Positions 47,741 to 59,380 are shown, numbered from the stretch's first letter. The stretch is 64,000 nucleotides of DNA from Psammoneis japonica (GCA_008632985.1 QPGO01000175.1:62001-126000); one strand, 5' to 3'. Notes: generated from the sequence alone by a model not told the origin. Program-made: numbers and translations.

Positions 47741-48706
47741 ATGAAGAAAACAGTTTTTCGTCAAATTGTGGCGATCTTTGCCTTGAGCTTCATTCTGTCT
47801 CTTTCCGCCGATGCCTTCACAAATCCTTTACTCGGATCACGGTCTAGCGTGAAGAATCCTTCCCATTTTACCGTAGGTGAAACTCATAGCAACGAGCTGG
47901 TCCCAAACGAAAATGCCGTTTCACTAAAAACACAGCTTTTGGAAAAAGTAAAGACGTTTCGAGAAATTCAATTACGAGATGGGGACGTTGCTATCGACTT
48001 CGGTGTGAAAGGGGGGGAGCTGAACGAAACATCTCGAGCGCCACAAAAGGTAGACTATTACTCGATTTCGCGAGACTTGGGAGAAGCCGCTGACGGCATT
48101 ATTAAAATATGCGATGAGCTATCTGCGGAAAGCCCAACTGATGTTCCAACGAAATATCTGGGGGATAAGGAAAATGGAAGCCGAGCGCCGTTGAACGGTA
48201 CATGGAGACTCCTTTTCACCACAGCTGCGGATGCTTCTTTCAGCAGCAAAAATTCAACACGAGGGACAGCTGTTGTTTCAAATGATGTAGATGCTGCACG
48301 TGGAAGGCTAACAAATATCATTCAATTTAATCCGCAGCCCGACGGCTCCAAACCGGTTGTGGATTCGCTCAATGTTGTTCTGGAGGGCAAAGCGACCAGC
48401 GACAAGCGCGTGTCGCTCCGTTTTCGATATGTGAAAGTGCTACTCAACAAGTTCTTTTTCTTTCCATTATTTGGAAAGCGACTGAGACTCTACATTCCAG
48501 TCCCGGGTCCATTCATCACAAGGCTAATCGTTTTCTTTTCGAGGATATTGAAGTTTGGGAGAAAGAAAGGAATCAAGAAGCCCCCACAGGCATATTTTGA
48601 TCTTTTGTACCTCGACAAAGACTTGCGAGTTCAGCGAACGGGAGAAGACAATACTTTTGTGCAAGTAAAGGAAACCTGGGATGCGGCAAGGCCGTTTTTG
48701 TCTTGA
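47741..48706 (+). CDS. Plastid lipid-associated protein / fibrillin family
   Basis: Signal peptide ending SADA-FT, LNGTWRLLFTT, and YFDLLYLDKDLRVQRTGEDNTFV. Confidence 0.85.
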   Translation: MKKTVFRQIVAIFALSFILSLSADAFTNPLLGSRSSVKNPSHFTVGETHSNELVPNENAVSLKTQLLEKVKTFREIQLRDGDVAIDFGVKGGELNETSRAPQKVDYYSISRDLGEAADGIIKICDELSAESPTDVPTKYLGDKENGSRAPLNGTWRLLFTTAADASFSSKNSTRGTAVVSNDVDAARGRLTNIIQFNPQPDGSKPVVDSLNVVLEGKATSDKRVSLRFRYVKVLLNKFFFFPLFGKRLRLYIPVPGPFITRLIVFFSRILKFGRKKGIKKPPQAYFDLLYLDKDLRVQRTGEDNTFVQVKETWDAARPFLS

Positions 48707-49088
48707 GTCATCGAGGGAGTATCATTTTGTAACATTTTTAGCTGTTTAGAAGAAAGATATTTTGGTTACAGGCTCCTGCGACTAGTTTTGAAAATGCGAT
48801 TTCAGCGTCTCCTAGAGAGAGAAACACCTGGCTTCGTTGCGTCTCCTTTCGAGTTATTGGTTTTGTTTGGGATCCGCCAGCTAGGTAAGAAAGGTTGGGA
48901 ACAAGATTTTGGGATCTGTAGGTGCTCAAAGAAACGCATGTGGATTGCAACGCTCCGATGATATCCAGATAATGAATCGTCAATGAAAAGAAGAAAGACC
49001 TGTAAGAATAACCACTGTATAACTTTGTTTGAGAGTTAAAAAAGAGAACCCACCAAACTCAAAGTGGTTCCTCTCCCTTTTCTTCTTT

Positions 49089-49906
49089 TCAAATTATTCC
49101 CCAATGATGTTCGATCCCACCAAGTAATCTCGAGATGGCCGAGGCGCCACTAAGAGGATACTCGGAAACGGAAATCATTTTCTCAATGTACGGATGGTCA
49201 TCAATCGCGACGTGTCCGGTGGACATGGCTCCAATCACAAAGCACGTGGGTTGGCTGCCGGTCGACGGTACTTGAGGTGGTAAAATGTCTTTTGCAAGCG
49301 CAATCGGGCTGTACAACGTCCCTTTGCAAGACATGCCCAAACACTGCGTTCCCGGTGGCAAGTGCTGCGAAAATGGATTCTTGATTACTTTCAAAAGCGT
49401 GGTCGACGAGGATGCATTGGCCTTGATTTTGTGCTTGTGTAGCAATTGAACCATGAGCCCAGCAAACCGCTTGTATGTTCTTGGAATGCGAATAGAGGGA
49501 TTGACTTCAATCAAAACATGATTGGTCGTGGCAATATAGACCTTGAGTAGTCCAGCCTTGTTGAGTGGCGAGTCCAATAAGCCAGTAATTCCTGGTGGCA
49601 AATGTCAGGTCGAAAGTTGTTTGGATCTTTCTTAAGTTTCCGCTTGCACAAATCCCGGTGGTCATCACAGTTCAATAATTCATAGATCCCTCGACGGTTC
49701 TTGACGGTTTCTAAACTAGCTTGATCCAATAAGACATAGATGGGTTGCTGCTGCTTTGAAGAGTTGTGAAGTGAGACTGTGGGCGCGACTTCCAACGGCG
49801 CAGGACCATCTGTCGTTTTCAGTTTCTTACTAGGAGGAGGAGGAGCCGACGTTGGTTCATTCTCATCTTCGCTACTCGACGAAGCTACCGAAGAAGAGTC
49901 AGACAT
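49089..49906 (-). CDS. EMG1: 18S rRNA pseudouridine methyltransferase EMG1/NEP1 (apparent 1-nt deletion near 49579)
   Basis: VLLDQASLETVK, YELLNCDDH, RPDICHQELL/LLDSPLNKAG, IRIPRTYKRFAGLMVQLL and ISVSEYPLSGA. Confidence 0.93.
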
Positions 49907-50268
49907 GGTGTTGCCGATATATATGAAAAGATGTGTAGCTTGCGTCCTTTCAAAGAAGTGAGCAGTGCTTGCCTTTAGTTCGTTGTTCGAATGTGTTGTC
50001 GGCAGTCTATGGATGGCATCATGGTCGGTGGTGGTCAGCGTTCCCATGACGCACGGAAGGTGTACAGACGGAACACTTCATCATTGAAATTAATCACTTA
50101 CGAATTTAATATATGTGTGATTCTCCCGCCATTTTGCATGAGCTTTTGAGTGTGGCGCAAGAAAGTTTTGCGGTCATGTCATCATGGCGCCCCCCGCCAA
50201 GAGACAAAGGCAGACGTCTGGTAACCGGTAACTGAAATGGGACGTTCGAGGCGCCGACCTATGCTCTA

Positions 50269-50999
50269 TTGCTAATGGCCACTACAAACTGGAGCGGTAA
50301 CTTGTATGGTTTTACCGACTACAATGGACCCCAACCATATGTCAGCAACGCAGTCAAAGAAATTAACCAGAACGACGAGGACGAAGAGAATCCGCTGACG
50401 TGTGGGCTATGGCTCGAGGGCGATTCGTTGGCGCCGCCTTGCGGGACGTCGATAACAACCATTCATGCACTACTCGAGTTTGTGTCTGCATCCGAGAATG
50501 ACATTCTCTATGACATGGGTTGCGGTGACGGGCGAGTGTGTCTGGAGGCAATCGTGAAATGCAACTGTAAACATGTTGTTGGAGTTGAAATCGAAGACGA
50601 CTTGATTGCCAAGTTTCGAAACTTGATCAACAGCTTACAGCATAAATCTCTTATGGATCGAGTCATTCCTCTTCCACAAGATCTCAGAGAGGTTGTTGCG
50701 AGCTTGGTGAAACAGGAACGCAAAGGACTGAAAGCTCGAGTCTTGAAACATCTTTGTTGCCTACTCCATCCATTATTGTTTTGTACTTGTTACCGGAAGC
50801 AGTAGCTGAGCTACAGAGCAGCCTTCTCAACCTTCTTCTACTGGTGCCGAACTTACGAATTGTGTGCAACACGTGGGGATTCAGTGATGCAGCAATTCTG
50901 CCCACAAAGACGCGTGAAGTAGACGAAGGTGGCGGAGCGACAACCAAGCTGTTCTTGTATACAAAAGACGGAATGGTCGAAAAGAACGAGAAAGAGTGA
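50269..50999 (+). CDS. Class I SAM-dependent methyltransferase (frame break near 50730; start uncertain; possibly pseudogene)
   Basis: SLAPPCGT, ILYDMGCGDGRV, VGVEIEDDL, then IVLYLLPEA...RIVCNTWG in another frame. Confidence 0.7.
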
Positions 51000-51455
51000 C
51001 AGAATAGGTGGCGGAAACTTGGAATCCCGATGATGTCATTGTGGTCAGATCGTGTTTGACGAAGGACAACATGACGTGTGGTGTGGACTTGTATCGCGCC
51101 AATGCACTGCGTGTGTTGGTGTAGATTGTCGTTGCGCGATGTGTGGATTCGTCAGGACAAGTGTCGAGTTCGGCCCTCGTGAGTGCGTCGTTGCACCTCT
51201 TTGCGAGTTATCCCGAGTGCGCCGCCGTAGTGAAACGAAAATGGCTCAATACCATGCCATGCAACTCTTGCATCAAATCAAGGCATACGATCATCTCGGC
51301 ATTTCCAAGCTTGTGGCCGCAGTACAGTCAACGCAACTCGCTCAAATCATCACTCGCCGTGGTGAAGTAGGCCGAAGGTGGCGGAGGGACAACCAAGCCA
51401 TTCTTGTATACAAAAGACGGACTCGTCAAAAATGATGAGAAAGAGTGACAGAATA
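50914..51455 (+). repeat. ~93-bp direct repeat (50914-51006 and 51362-51455) flanking the gamma-COP fragment
   Basis: GTGAAGTAG..CGAAGGTGGCGGAG.GACAACCAAGC..TTCTTGTATACAAAAGACGGA...GAGAAAGAGTGACAGAATA appears in both copies. Confidence 0.9.
51007..51361 (+). pseudogene. COPG: Internal fragment of coatomer gamma subunit (gamma-COP) with frameshifts and a stop
   Basis: AETWNPDDVIVVRSCLTKD, MTCGVDLYRANALRVLV*, VSSSALVSASLHLF...VVKRKW and AQYHAMQLLHQIKAYDHLGISKLV match the gamma-COP N-terminal trunk. Confidence 0.8.
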
Positions 51456-52060
51456 CTGCGTACGCTGCTTTCAAATCCTATTCTTGGTCGCAATCTTTGA
51501 CTCCGAACAACCGCGTACCTTGCAAGGAATCTGATGCGACACACAGTTTTGCTTCAAGCTCAGACGGGCTCTGACAAAGACGCTTTGTTGATCTCGAGTA
51601 TTGGCGTTCCGTAACTGCTCATGTACAAACCGATTCAACTGGAGCGTGAGCACGCGTTCAGAATGTTGGGACTGGATTGGCACATGGCTTCTGCATTGGG
51701 CTACTCTAGGTTTCGTGAGGAATGTGGTTGATGACATATCAAAATCTTGTTTTCGGTTACTGTTGAGCGAATGAGGTCGCCACGTGCTCCCCATCCCAAC
51801 GCCGTCTCTCGCCGCAGTCGTCAACTTGCTTGATGCGTGTAACTGGAGTGCATTGAGCTCTCTACACTATTGCTTTCAAAGAATACACATGGTGACTCAA
51901 AAATCAGGAACTGGCTCTGCCTCTCTAATGCTGGGGTAACGTCCTTATCACTTTAGCTCACAATGTCAGACATGGTTTTCAACACCGGCATGGTTGTTAT
52001 GACTTCGCAAGCCAGACGCGTTGGCTCTTCGTTCTCAAACGATTCTTTTAACGAGATCTG

Positions 52061-52275
52061 TCTAGAGAGCATGGCATCTAGCTAGAAGTATCATGTATCT
52101 CCCACTTAAGGTAGCTAGCTAGAGAGCGCCTACTCTAGAGTAGAGTAGAAGTATCTAGAGCAGAGCAGAGTAGAAGTATCTACTAGCCTTTCTCTATCTA
52201 GAGTAGAGAGTAGCGGAGTCAAAGCACAGTCAAAGCGAGATAGTAGATAGATAGAAGTAGATAGGGCCCTACAGT
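52061..52275. repeat. TAG/CTAG-rich low-complexity intergenic tract
   Basis: Repeated TAGAG, TAGAAGTATCTA and CTAG units, ending in ATAGGGCCCTAC. Confidence 0.7.
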
Positions 52276-52461
52276 AGTTTGATTTGAAATGGCACACTTA
52301 TAGTTATTAGTTGTCACACGAGAAGGCTGAATGGTTGTTTCACGCAAACATTGGTTCCCTCTCTCTTCCAAGTCCATACTCCGAAATATCATTGGACATA
52401 TTACATGAATATGCGACTGACAACACTACACGAACGTAATCTTTACAGCGTAGGCAAACAC

Positions 52462-53595
52462 TCAAGCATGGTCGCTGTTGTTGGCATGGTCGCGATTGTT
52501 GAGCGGCTTCCATCGCCCTGCATTGCATGCCGCCTTGTGATTCTTCCAATCATTTCCAAGGCACTCATCACTGCAGTACCAAGCAACATCGCATCGGTTA
52601 CAAACCATCATGTCTTCGGATTTCCTACCACAACTGCGACACTGAGGCACAACATCTTCCCCACACAGTTGGCGCAACGTCCTTGCTGCCCGCTTTTCAA
52701 GCATCGCATTCAGCTCACAATGCCCTCCCAATAAGATGCTTTCCATGACAGCGTCACCACCGGCAGCAAGGACTTCCGAGGGCATACCTCCATAATAAGG
52801 ATCTGAGACAAAAGCCATGAATCTGCTCCCTTCGAGTTGGGTGTCAGCGTAGTTTGCAAATCGCTTCATGGCGTCAAGGATGAGGGGGATTCCACCACAG
52901 TTCATTATTTCGTCAAGAAAGGACGGGGCGAGCGAGCCCTCTTTGGCTATGCCATCGAATAGAATTTTGAAAAGCAGCTCCAGCACCATACAACATACCG
53001 CATTTTGAGATTTTTCCAGGCGTACCGGTAGACGGTCCAAATATCGTAGGATCTGTACAGCCGAACGGACCCCGCCGGCTTTGCGCACTGCATCGACGTT
53101 ATCGGCACAAACTGAGTATCCCAGTACATTGAGTGAGTCAATGAGGAGTAGTATCACCATGCCCTCGTCGTCATTTTTGACCTTCTTGTCTTGAGCGACA
53201 AGCGTGTTTATGGAAGCAATCACCGTTGGAATTCCGCCATGCTCAACAATTTCTCGTCTGGCTTTGTCGCTTCCAGTGTCGCTGCTCAATGCAACGCTAA
53301 GCAGCGCGGAGCCCTTGTGCTGAATGGGCAAAATCTTCAGGTTCTGAATCATCAGAGAAATGATATTGGCAATGCCGCCGGCACGGACGATGGCCACCAT
53401 TGAGCTCCGAGCCACCTGCAGGTCTTCGCACCTGACAAAGCCATAAAGACCATTCAAAATAGCGCACACCCTCTCTACGTCTGTTTTCGACACCAAATGT
53501 TTGCAGCGCAAGGCACCGATCAAAAATGGAATCTTCTCATGGAGCTGTGGCCTGCCTTTGCCTTTGGCCCTGTTGCGTCTGCTTTTCTTCCCCAT
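52462..53595 (-). CDS. ARM-repeat protein with C-terminal MYND zinc finger
   Basis: Repeated (A/H/C)GG(I/V) armadillo motifs, then CRSC...MVCNRCDVAWYCSDECLGNDWKNHKAAC. Confidence 0.85.
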   Translation of the reverse strand: MGKKSRRNRAKGKGRPQLHEKIPFLIGALRCKHLVSKTDVERVCAILNGLYGFVRCEDLQVARSSMVAIVRAGGIANIISLMIQNLKILPIQHKGSALLSVALSSDTGSDKARREIVEHGGIPTVIASINTLVAQDKKVKNDDEGMVILLLIDSLNVLGYSVCADNVDAVRKAGGVRSAVQILRYLDRLPVRLEKSQNAVCCMVLELLFKILFDGIAKEGSLAPSFLDEIMNCGGIPLILDAMKRFANYADTQLEGSRFMAFVSDPYYGGMPSEVLAAGGDAVMESILLGGHCELNAMLEKRAARTLRQLCGEDVVPQCRSCGRKSEDMMVCNRCDVAWYCSDECLGNDWKNHKAACNAGRWKPLNNRDHANNSDHA

Positions 53596-54099
53596 GGTTG
53601 AGATGAGCGATGTGTGATGTTTGACGTTTGATGTACGGTATGTACGGCGCGATACAATGTACCAGTGACATGGAGTTCGACGAGGCAAATGACCCCTTTC
53701 TGACCGTTGGGTCATACTGGTAGCCGTTCGGTACTCAAATAGCGTAGAATTCTACGTGACGTACTTCGCCGTGTTGTAAATCGAAATCACGTGGTGAAAG
53801 CATGATGCTGACACAGGCAACAAGTGGCGGAGAACGTCCAAAAAATGATAATTGGAAAGAAAGTAACGTTATCGAGCCTGTCCTAGATACATGGTTTCTT
53901 ATGTAAGTAGAAACTTTCGTTCAGAATTTTGTTAAAAGAACTGTTTTGGACAATTCCCAAGTGCACCACGGTGAAGCACGGGAAATCACTCGCCAAATTG
54001 CCGCGCAATCAAATCGCTAGCAATTGTCTCTCTGGCAGCGATGCGGCAGAGCTATAATCAACGAATGACTTCTATTCCGACATCGAACTGGCACAACTT

Positions 54100-56980
54100 A
54101 TTGTCACACCCCTGTGGTAGGGGAGAATGTGGTGATGTCATGGTTGCGTGGCAGTTTTGTGTCTTGTGCATTGTGCGTTTTTACACAAGTGTCCTCACAC
54201 TGATTTGTGCACTTGCACAAACACCAATGGCAACGGGAAAAATCCTGAACCAGGCATCACAAGTGGGTTTTGCCTCTTTCTTGCTTTGCTGCAGAGTCTG
54301 CCGGACAACGTGCTTGAGCTGACTGCACACATTTTCTTGGCTCTCTGCATTTGGGCTTTGTGCTTTGCGGCTGTTTCCTCATTTTGGGTGGAAGGGGGTG
54401 GTGTGCCCAGGGCAGGTTGGGCCCAACCCCAACCAGCATTCTTCTGCCAACAATTGTTGCAACACATCTCCAACATCTCGAGCAAAGAAACAACAATCTT
54501 GCCACGCCTGACCAAATTTTCAAACTGGGTTGGGACACATCTGTTGTGTGCTCTTTGGGTCATGGCTCAGCTGTTTCATTGGATCTCTTGTGGACTCATG
54601 TCATGCTTTGATGACATGCTCTTGGCCACAGCATTCCTCAACACAATGCATTCCTTTCGGACTCACAAACTGCATGATGAATCCTTGTTGTTGGATCCAA
54701 TTTTTTGACAAAAACCAAGCTCAGTGAGAGTGGCGATGATTCTTGTTGCGACATCCTGCTAAGACCACAACGACCCACATGAATGAGTCCGATTTTCTCT
54801 CTTTGCATTTGCAAGGCTTGTCATGATCAGTGCAGCTTTTCATGAAATCACCATGCCAGGTGCAGAGCTGGGTAAAAAGCTCCATGTTGCTCCCATTTCG
54901 AATCAAGAGCATGGTGTTTGTGGAGTTGTTTTGTGTGGCATCTGGCTCCTGATGCTGTGCAGCATTTTGGTTTCTTAAAATTTCATTTGGTGCACAAGGA
55001 TGCTGGCATGAGGGGTGTTCAGTTGCACACACTGGGGTTGGGATGATGTTTGTTCAAGTGCACTGAGAAGAGCAATTGACCATCACCAGAAAAGTGAGTT
55101 GATTGTCGAGTGTGGTGGCTGATGCATGCATCACACAAAGACGATGCAAAATTCCAAGAAGAGAGCTGGAATGTTGTTTGCTGAGAATGACCCATCTTCA
55201 GCCAAAGCCTTTTTGAATGCACTGGACAAAGGTTGCCACCAGATGTTGGAGACAATGAAGCACGGGCAAATGTGCTGTCAACCAGAGGCAGCAGAGATGA
55301 AAAGTTCAAAGATGACAAGGTTTTTTGCATGGATTGTGTGGCTGCCATCCGATCTGGCAATGAGAGAGGCACAAAATTTGCCAAACTGTCTTGGTGCATT
55401 GAAGGAGGGTGCGCCGACCAACTTTGGGATGTCTGACATTGATTTGCTCTGCATTTCATGTGAACTTCAGGTTTGACATGTTTCGACAAACGTCGCCACT
55501 GTGCAGCATTCTGCAGTGGCAACAACCACAAATGGAGTGTCTTGAAAGCAGCTCAACAGCCTCTCAACAGTGCACAGAGAAACAGTGCAGAAATGCACAA
55601 CAGTGAGAGCAGTGTTTGCAAGATGGCAAAACATCTTTGTTGCATGGCAAAGCACGGTCGTAGACTCTGTGACAAATTTGCACCAAAAAATTGAACACCC
55701 CCCCCCTCCCCAAATGAGCCATGAACACCTCCCATTTTTAAGAGGGTGTGGTTGATGGAGAATTTGCACCCGCATCTGTCGCAGCACTCGAGGAGGTTGG
55801 GGGGAGTGCTGCCATGTTGCGGGCGAAGCACACAAAGGAACTCTTTGCCACTCAGCATTGATGGGTGCACTGACAGCCATGCTCCAGCACTGGTGCTGCA
55901 CTTGACAGCTCTCCTGGCCTTGAGGTTGGGTGGAGTCCAGAGGATTGTCTTGAGTTTCTCCTTGTGCATCTTGGCTTTCCTGCTGGCCACTTCTTTTTTC
56001 ACTTTGCATGTGGCATGTCCTTTTGTGGACTGCTGGAGCAAAATCTGAGTGGCCACAAAGCAAGTCTGTCATGTGGGAGCATGCAAGAGCACCACCAGTG
56101 TCACAGTTTTGGGATGCAGGTCCGTTGGATGAGGGGCGCTGGACAGCCCTTTTTGCAAATTTGATTGGGGGGGCAGACAGGGCTGATCTTGGGCAAGGAG
56201 GGGGGCAGCAGAGCAAGGTGACAGGTGTGTGGCTGCAGTGCAGCAGATGTTGAGTGTTGGCACTCTGGTTGGCTGTTGACAAAATCAGAAAGAAGGGCCC
56301 AACAGGCAAGTGCACGCGCGCACCATGCACGCACGCTGCATGAGCCAGTCTGCGTGGAGGGACCTCATGGCTGAACAGTTTAACCAAAACAATTTTTTGC
56401 TTTTTGCACAAGAAAAAAAGACTTTGACCATGGTGAGCAAATCATTTGCGGCGGCGTCAATGTTGACAATCGAGTGGCAATCGCATCGGGAGAGTCTTTT
56501 TAAACCCTGTTGGAAGCATCTGCTGCTGTGGCGATTGCCGCTTGAATTTTTCCTTTAGATGTTTTTTTTTCCCATCCACTGCTTCTCATGCATGTTTTTG
56601 CTGTTGTTGCCTCCATCCCAATCAAAGGTTGCGAATGCCTCTGTGACCGAAGCACACAAAGGTTGCACGCGCATTCATCGAACGATTCAACAGAAGTGGT
56701 GCTGGTGTGTGGATGGAAGGAGTTGCCTCCGGATGTTCGTGCTTGTTGGTCAAGCACCGCCGTGCTTCATGCTTTTGTGTGGCAAGAACATGCCTACGAC
56801 AAGGGTAATTGTTCGGTTGCGACTACGTCAATGTTTTAATTTGAGAGGCAAGCACACACGGAATGTGCATGCAGCCGCAGCGCAGCACCTGCAGTTAGTG
56901 ACAGCACACAGTCAAAAGCGAGACAGATGCAACCACGGTGTCTGGCCATCAGCAGGAACTATAGCCATAGTGGACACGCA
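54100..56980. mobile_element. TA/CG-depleted TE island 4 (composite)
   Basis: Strong TA depletion and Cys/His-rich junk ORFs. Contains the CRE fragment listed next. Confidence 0.6.
55690..56400 (-). mobile_element. Degenerate CRE-like non-LTR retrotransposon fragment of a different subfamily
   Basis: RRAVKCSTSAGAWLSVHPSMLSGKEFLCVLRPQHG...LECCDRCGCKFSINHTL.KMGG corresponds to the CRE GAWL...EF...LRLRYG...CDGCG...HAL.C..GG region. Confidence 0.8.
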
Positions 56981-57241
56981 GTAGAATCCTACGCAAGAAA
57001 AAAATGTGACGCACGAGTTTTGTCGTGCGTTAAGTAGGAGCTTTCGTGATCACTTTTGACTTAAGTAAAGAATAATCAAGGTGTCCGACGTGACGAAATG
57101 GTTGACATGCCTCACCCAACTGCCGTGTGAAAGTGCGGAGTCGGTGAAAAAGTACCGGCGGCCGCTGATGAATGACTGGATGGCCATGGCCTCTTGGTGT
57201 TAAAACTGTAGAGATACCGTACACCGCAATAGTGATTGAAG

Positions 57242-59380
57242 ATGGTAGATCCATGGGTAGAGCTTGAAAAACTGAAGGCGGAGAATGCTCGGAAAGATGC
57301 CATGATAGCCGCTCTCCTCAAGGAAAAAGAGCTCCCGACAATAAGTGACGAAAACCTTGTCTCATCATCACAACCGCCGCAGCAGCAGCAATTACAGCCA
57401 CCACCTAAGGTCGAAACCTTCGCGGTTGAGGACGCGGAGCGGCAGCAACAACTTCCGCAACATGTCTTTGCAGTCGAGGATGCAGCAGAATCTATGAATC
57501 AGTGGTTCTTTTCAAGAGGCGTGGGTCTTTCGGATGTGTCCGTCCTGCTATCAGACTACAGCGAGTTTGTCCGCAGCTTGGGTATTCAATTAGATCGCCT
57601 CTTTATTGGAGCCGTCATGCTCCACCCCAAGGCAGCGGCTTATGTATGGAAATACGAGAATGGCCGAGAATACCAGGAACAGGAAATACCTGAAAGGCTT
57701 TGGATTGATGTTCACGAAAAGCTAAGTCCAGATGAGCCATTCAATGTTCTTCGGCTGGGCAAAGCCTCGAGTGTTCGAATGGTGGCCTCGCAGGAATCGT
57801 TTCCACCAGACTGTAAATGGTTCCGAGATGATAAATATCAGGACTATTTCGCGCTCCCAATCCTGCGAAAGGGCGAATTCAAGGGAGCCATAGGGTGGGC
57901 CACCAAGAAGGAGAATGGATTCTCGCCTTCACATATCGAGTTTTTCCAAAAGTCCATGCCCTCCTTTTCGTTTGTGATGCGACAGAATATCAATGAATCT
58001 ATCATGCTAACACTCACATGCAGGTTGGAAGAAGAGATCAAGGAACGAACGAGCGAATTGGCCGAAGCCAATCGCAATCTTTCGCAGGCCAATGAGCGTA
58101 TTCTACAGCAAGCAAATGCTCAGTTGAAGCACTTTGCCATGATGAGTCATGAGATTCGCACTCCGTTGAATGGAATTATTGGGCTATCGAGCCTCTTGAA
58201 GGAGACAGCGTCGACTCGTGAACAGGGAGAGCTCATTAACATGCTCACCTCGAGCAGTGACTTGCTTCTTCGAATCGTGAATGATGTGTTGGACTATTCC
58301 AAGCTGGTGTCGGGGAAGTTCGAAATGTCTATCCAGCCCACCTGCTTGTCAGAAATCTTCGAATCTGTGCTCTGCAATGTCCAGGCCAAGGCAACGGAAC
58401 GAAGGGTCAGTGTCCGGTCTCATATTGCCAAAGACCTTCCTCCATCGATCGATACGGATGGTTCGAGGCTGCAACAAATCATGTACAACCTTCTCGGGAA
58501 TGCCGTCAAGTTTAGCAAGCAAGGGGACTTTGTGGATTTTACCGTTTCGAATAATGTGGTAGAGAATGGAGATCATTTCCTGAAACTTGTCATTAAAGAT
58601 TATGGAAAGGGGATTAAGAAGGAGAATTTCACTTCAGTGTTTCAGCCCTTTCTTCAGGCGCACTCTGATGAGCATTTTGAGTATGGAGGGACGGGTCTTG
58701 GACTGGCTATTGTCAACAAGATAGTTGACGCCTTTGGCGGCAGCATTTCGGTAGATTCCGAGGTTGGAAAATTCACTGAGTTTGTGGTACATATACCATT
58801 TGTCATCAGCAACGAATATGATCCGTCGTCAAGAGCGAAAAAGCGACTGAAAACGGACCTCAGCCAAAATGTAGTGCAGAAACTGTCACCGGATCAACGA
58901 TTGGAAGCTTGTCAAGGCAAGGTTGGAAACATTGTGACAGAAACGGTCGCCGCTCCATCGAATAGGATGGTTCGACGAGACAGCTCCTCGCCCGATCTCG
59001 TTTCTGACAAGGTAAAGATTTTGATTGCCGAAGACAACCTCATAAATCAAAAGCTACTGAAACGCATACTTCAACGACTCGGTATGGAAGACGTGCATGT
59101 TGTGGAAAACGGGATGCAGGCGGTGGAGATCTCCGCCGAAAAGGTTTTTGATCTAGTGTTTATGGACATGCACATGCCCGTCATGGATGGGATTGAAGCC
59201 GCGCGGCTTATCAAACAACGCAAAGGGCAGAAAACGCCAATCATTGTCTTTCTTACGGCTCATGCGACGGATGAATTCAGGCAACAAGCCGAAGACGTTG
59301 GCGCCGACGATTTCGTCCCTAAACCCTACAACATGGAGAGAATACGAGAGCTAGTTTCAACTCTTGGGCGGTCCAGCTAA
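57242..59380 (+). CDS. Hybrid sensor histidine kinase (GAF-like sensor, HisKA, HATPase, receiver), intronless
   Basis: FAMMSHEIRTPLNGIIG, RLQQIMYNLLGNAVKFS, DYGKGI, GGTGLGLAI, ILIAEDNLINQ, FDLVFMDMHMPVMDG and DDFVPKP. Confidence 0.95.
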   Translation: MVDPWVELEKLKAENARKDAMIAALLKEKELPTISDENLVSSSQPPQQQQLQPPPKVETFAVEDAERQQQLPQHVFAVEDAAESMNQWFFSRGVGLSDVSVLLSDYSEFVRSLGIQLDRLFIGAVMLHPKAAAYVWKYENGREYQEQEIPERLWIDVHEKLSPDEPFNVLRLGKASSVRMVASQESFPPDCKWFRDDKYQDYFALPILRKGEFKGAIGWATKKENGFSPSHIEFFQKSMPSFSFVMRQNINESIMLTLTCRLEEEIKERTSELAEANRNLSQANERILQQANAQLKHFAMMSHEIRTPLNGIIGLSSLLKETASTREQGELINMLTSSSDLLLRIVNDVLDYSKLVSGKFEMSIQPTCLSEIFESVLCNVQAKATERRVSVRSHIAKDLPPSIDTDGSRLQQIMYNLLGNAVKFSKQGDFVDFTVSNNVVENGDHFLKLVIKDYGKGIKKENFTSVFQPFLQAHSDEHFEYGGTGLGLAIVNKIVDAFGGSISVDSEVGKFTEFVVHIPFVISNEYDPSSRAKKRLKTDLSQNVVQKLSPDQRLEACQGKVGNIVTETVAAPSNRMVRRDSSSPDLVSDKVKILIAEDNLINQKLLKRILQRLGMEDVHVVENGMQAVEISAEKVFDLVFMDMHMPVMDGIEAARLIKQRKGQKTPIIVFLTAHATDEFRQQAEDVGADDFVPKPYNMERIRELVSTLGRSS

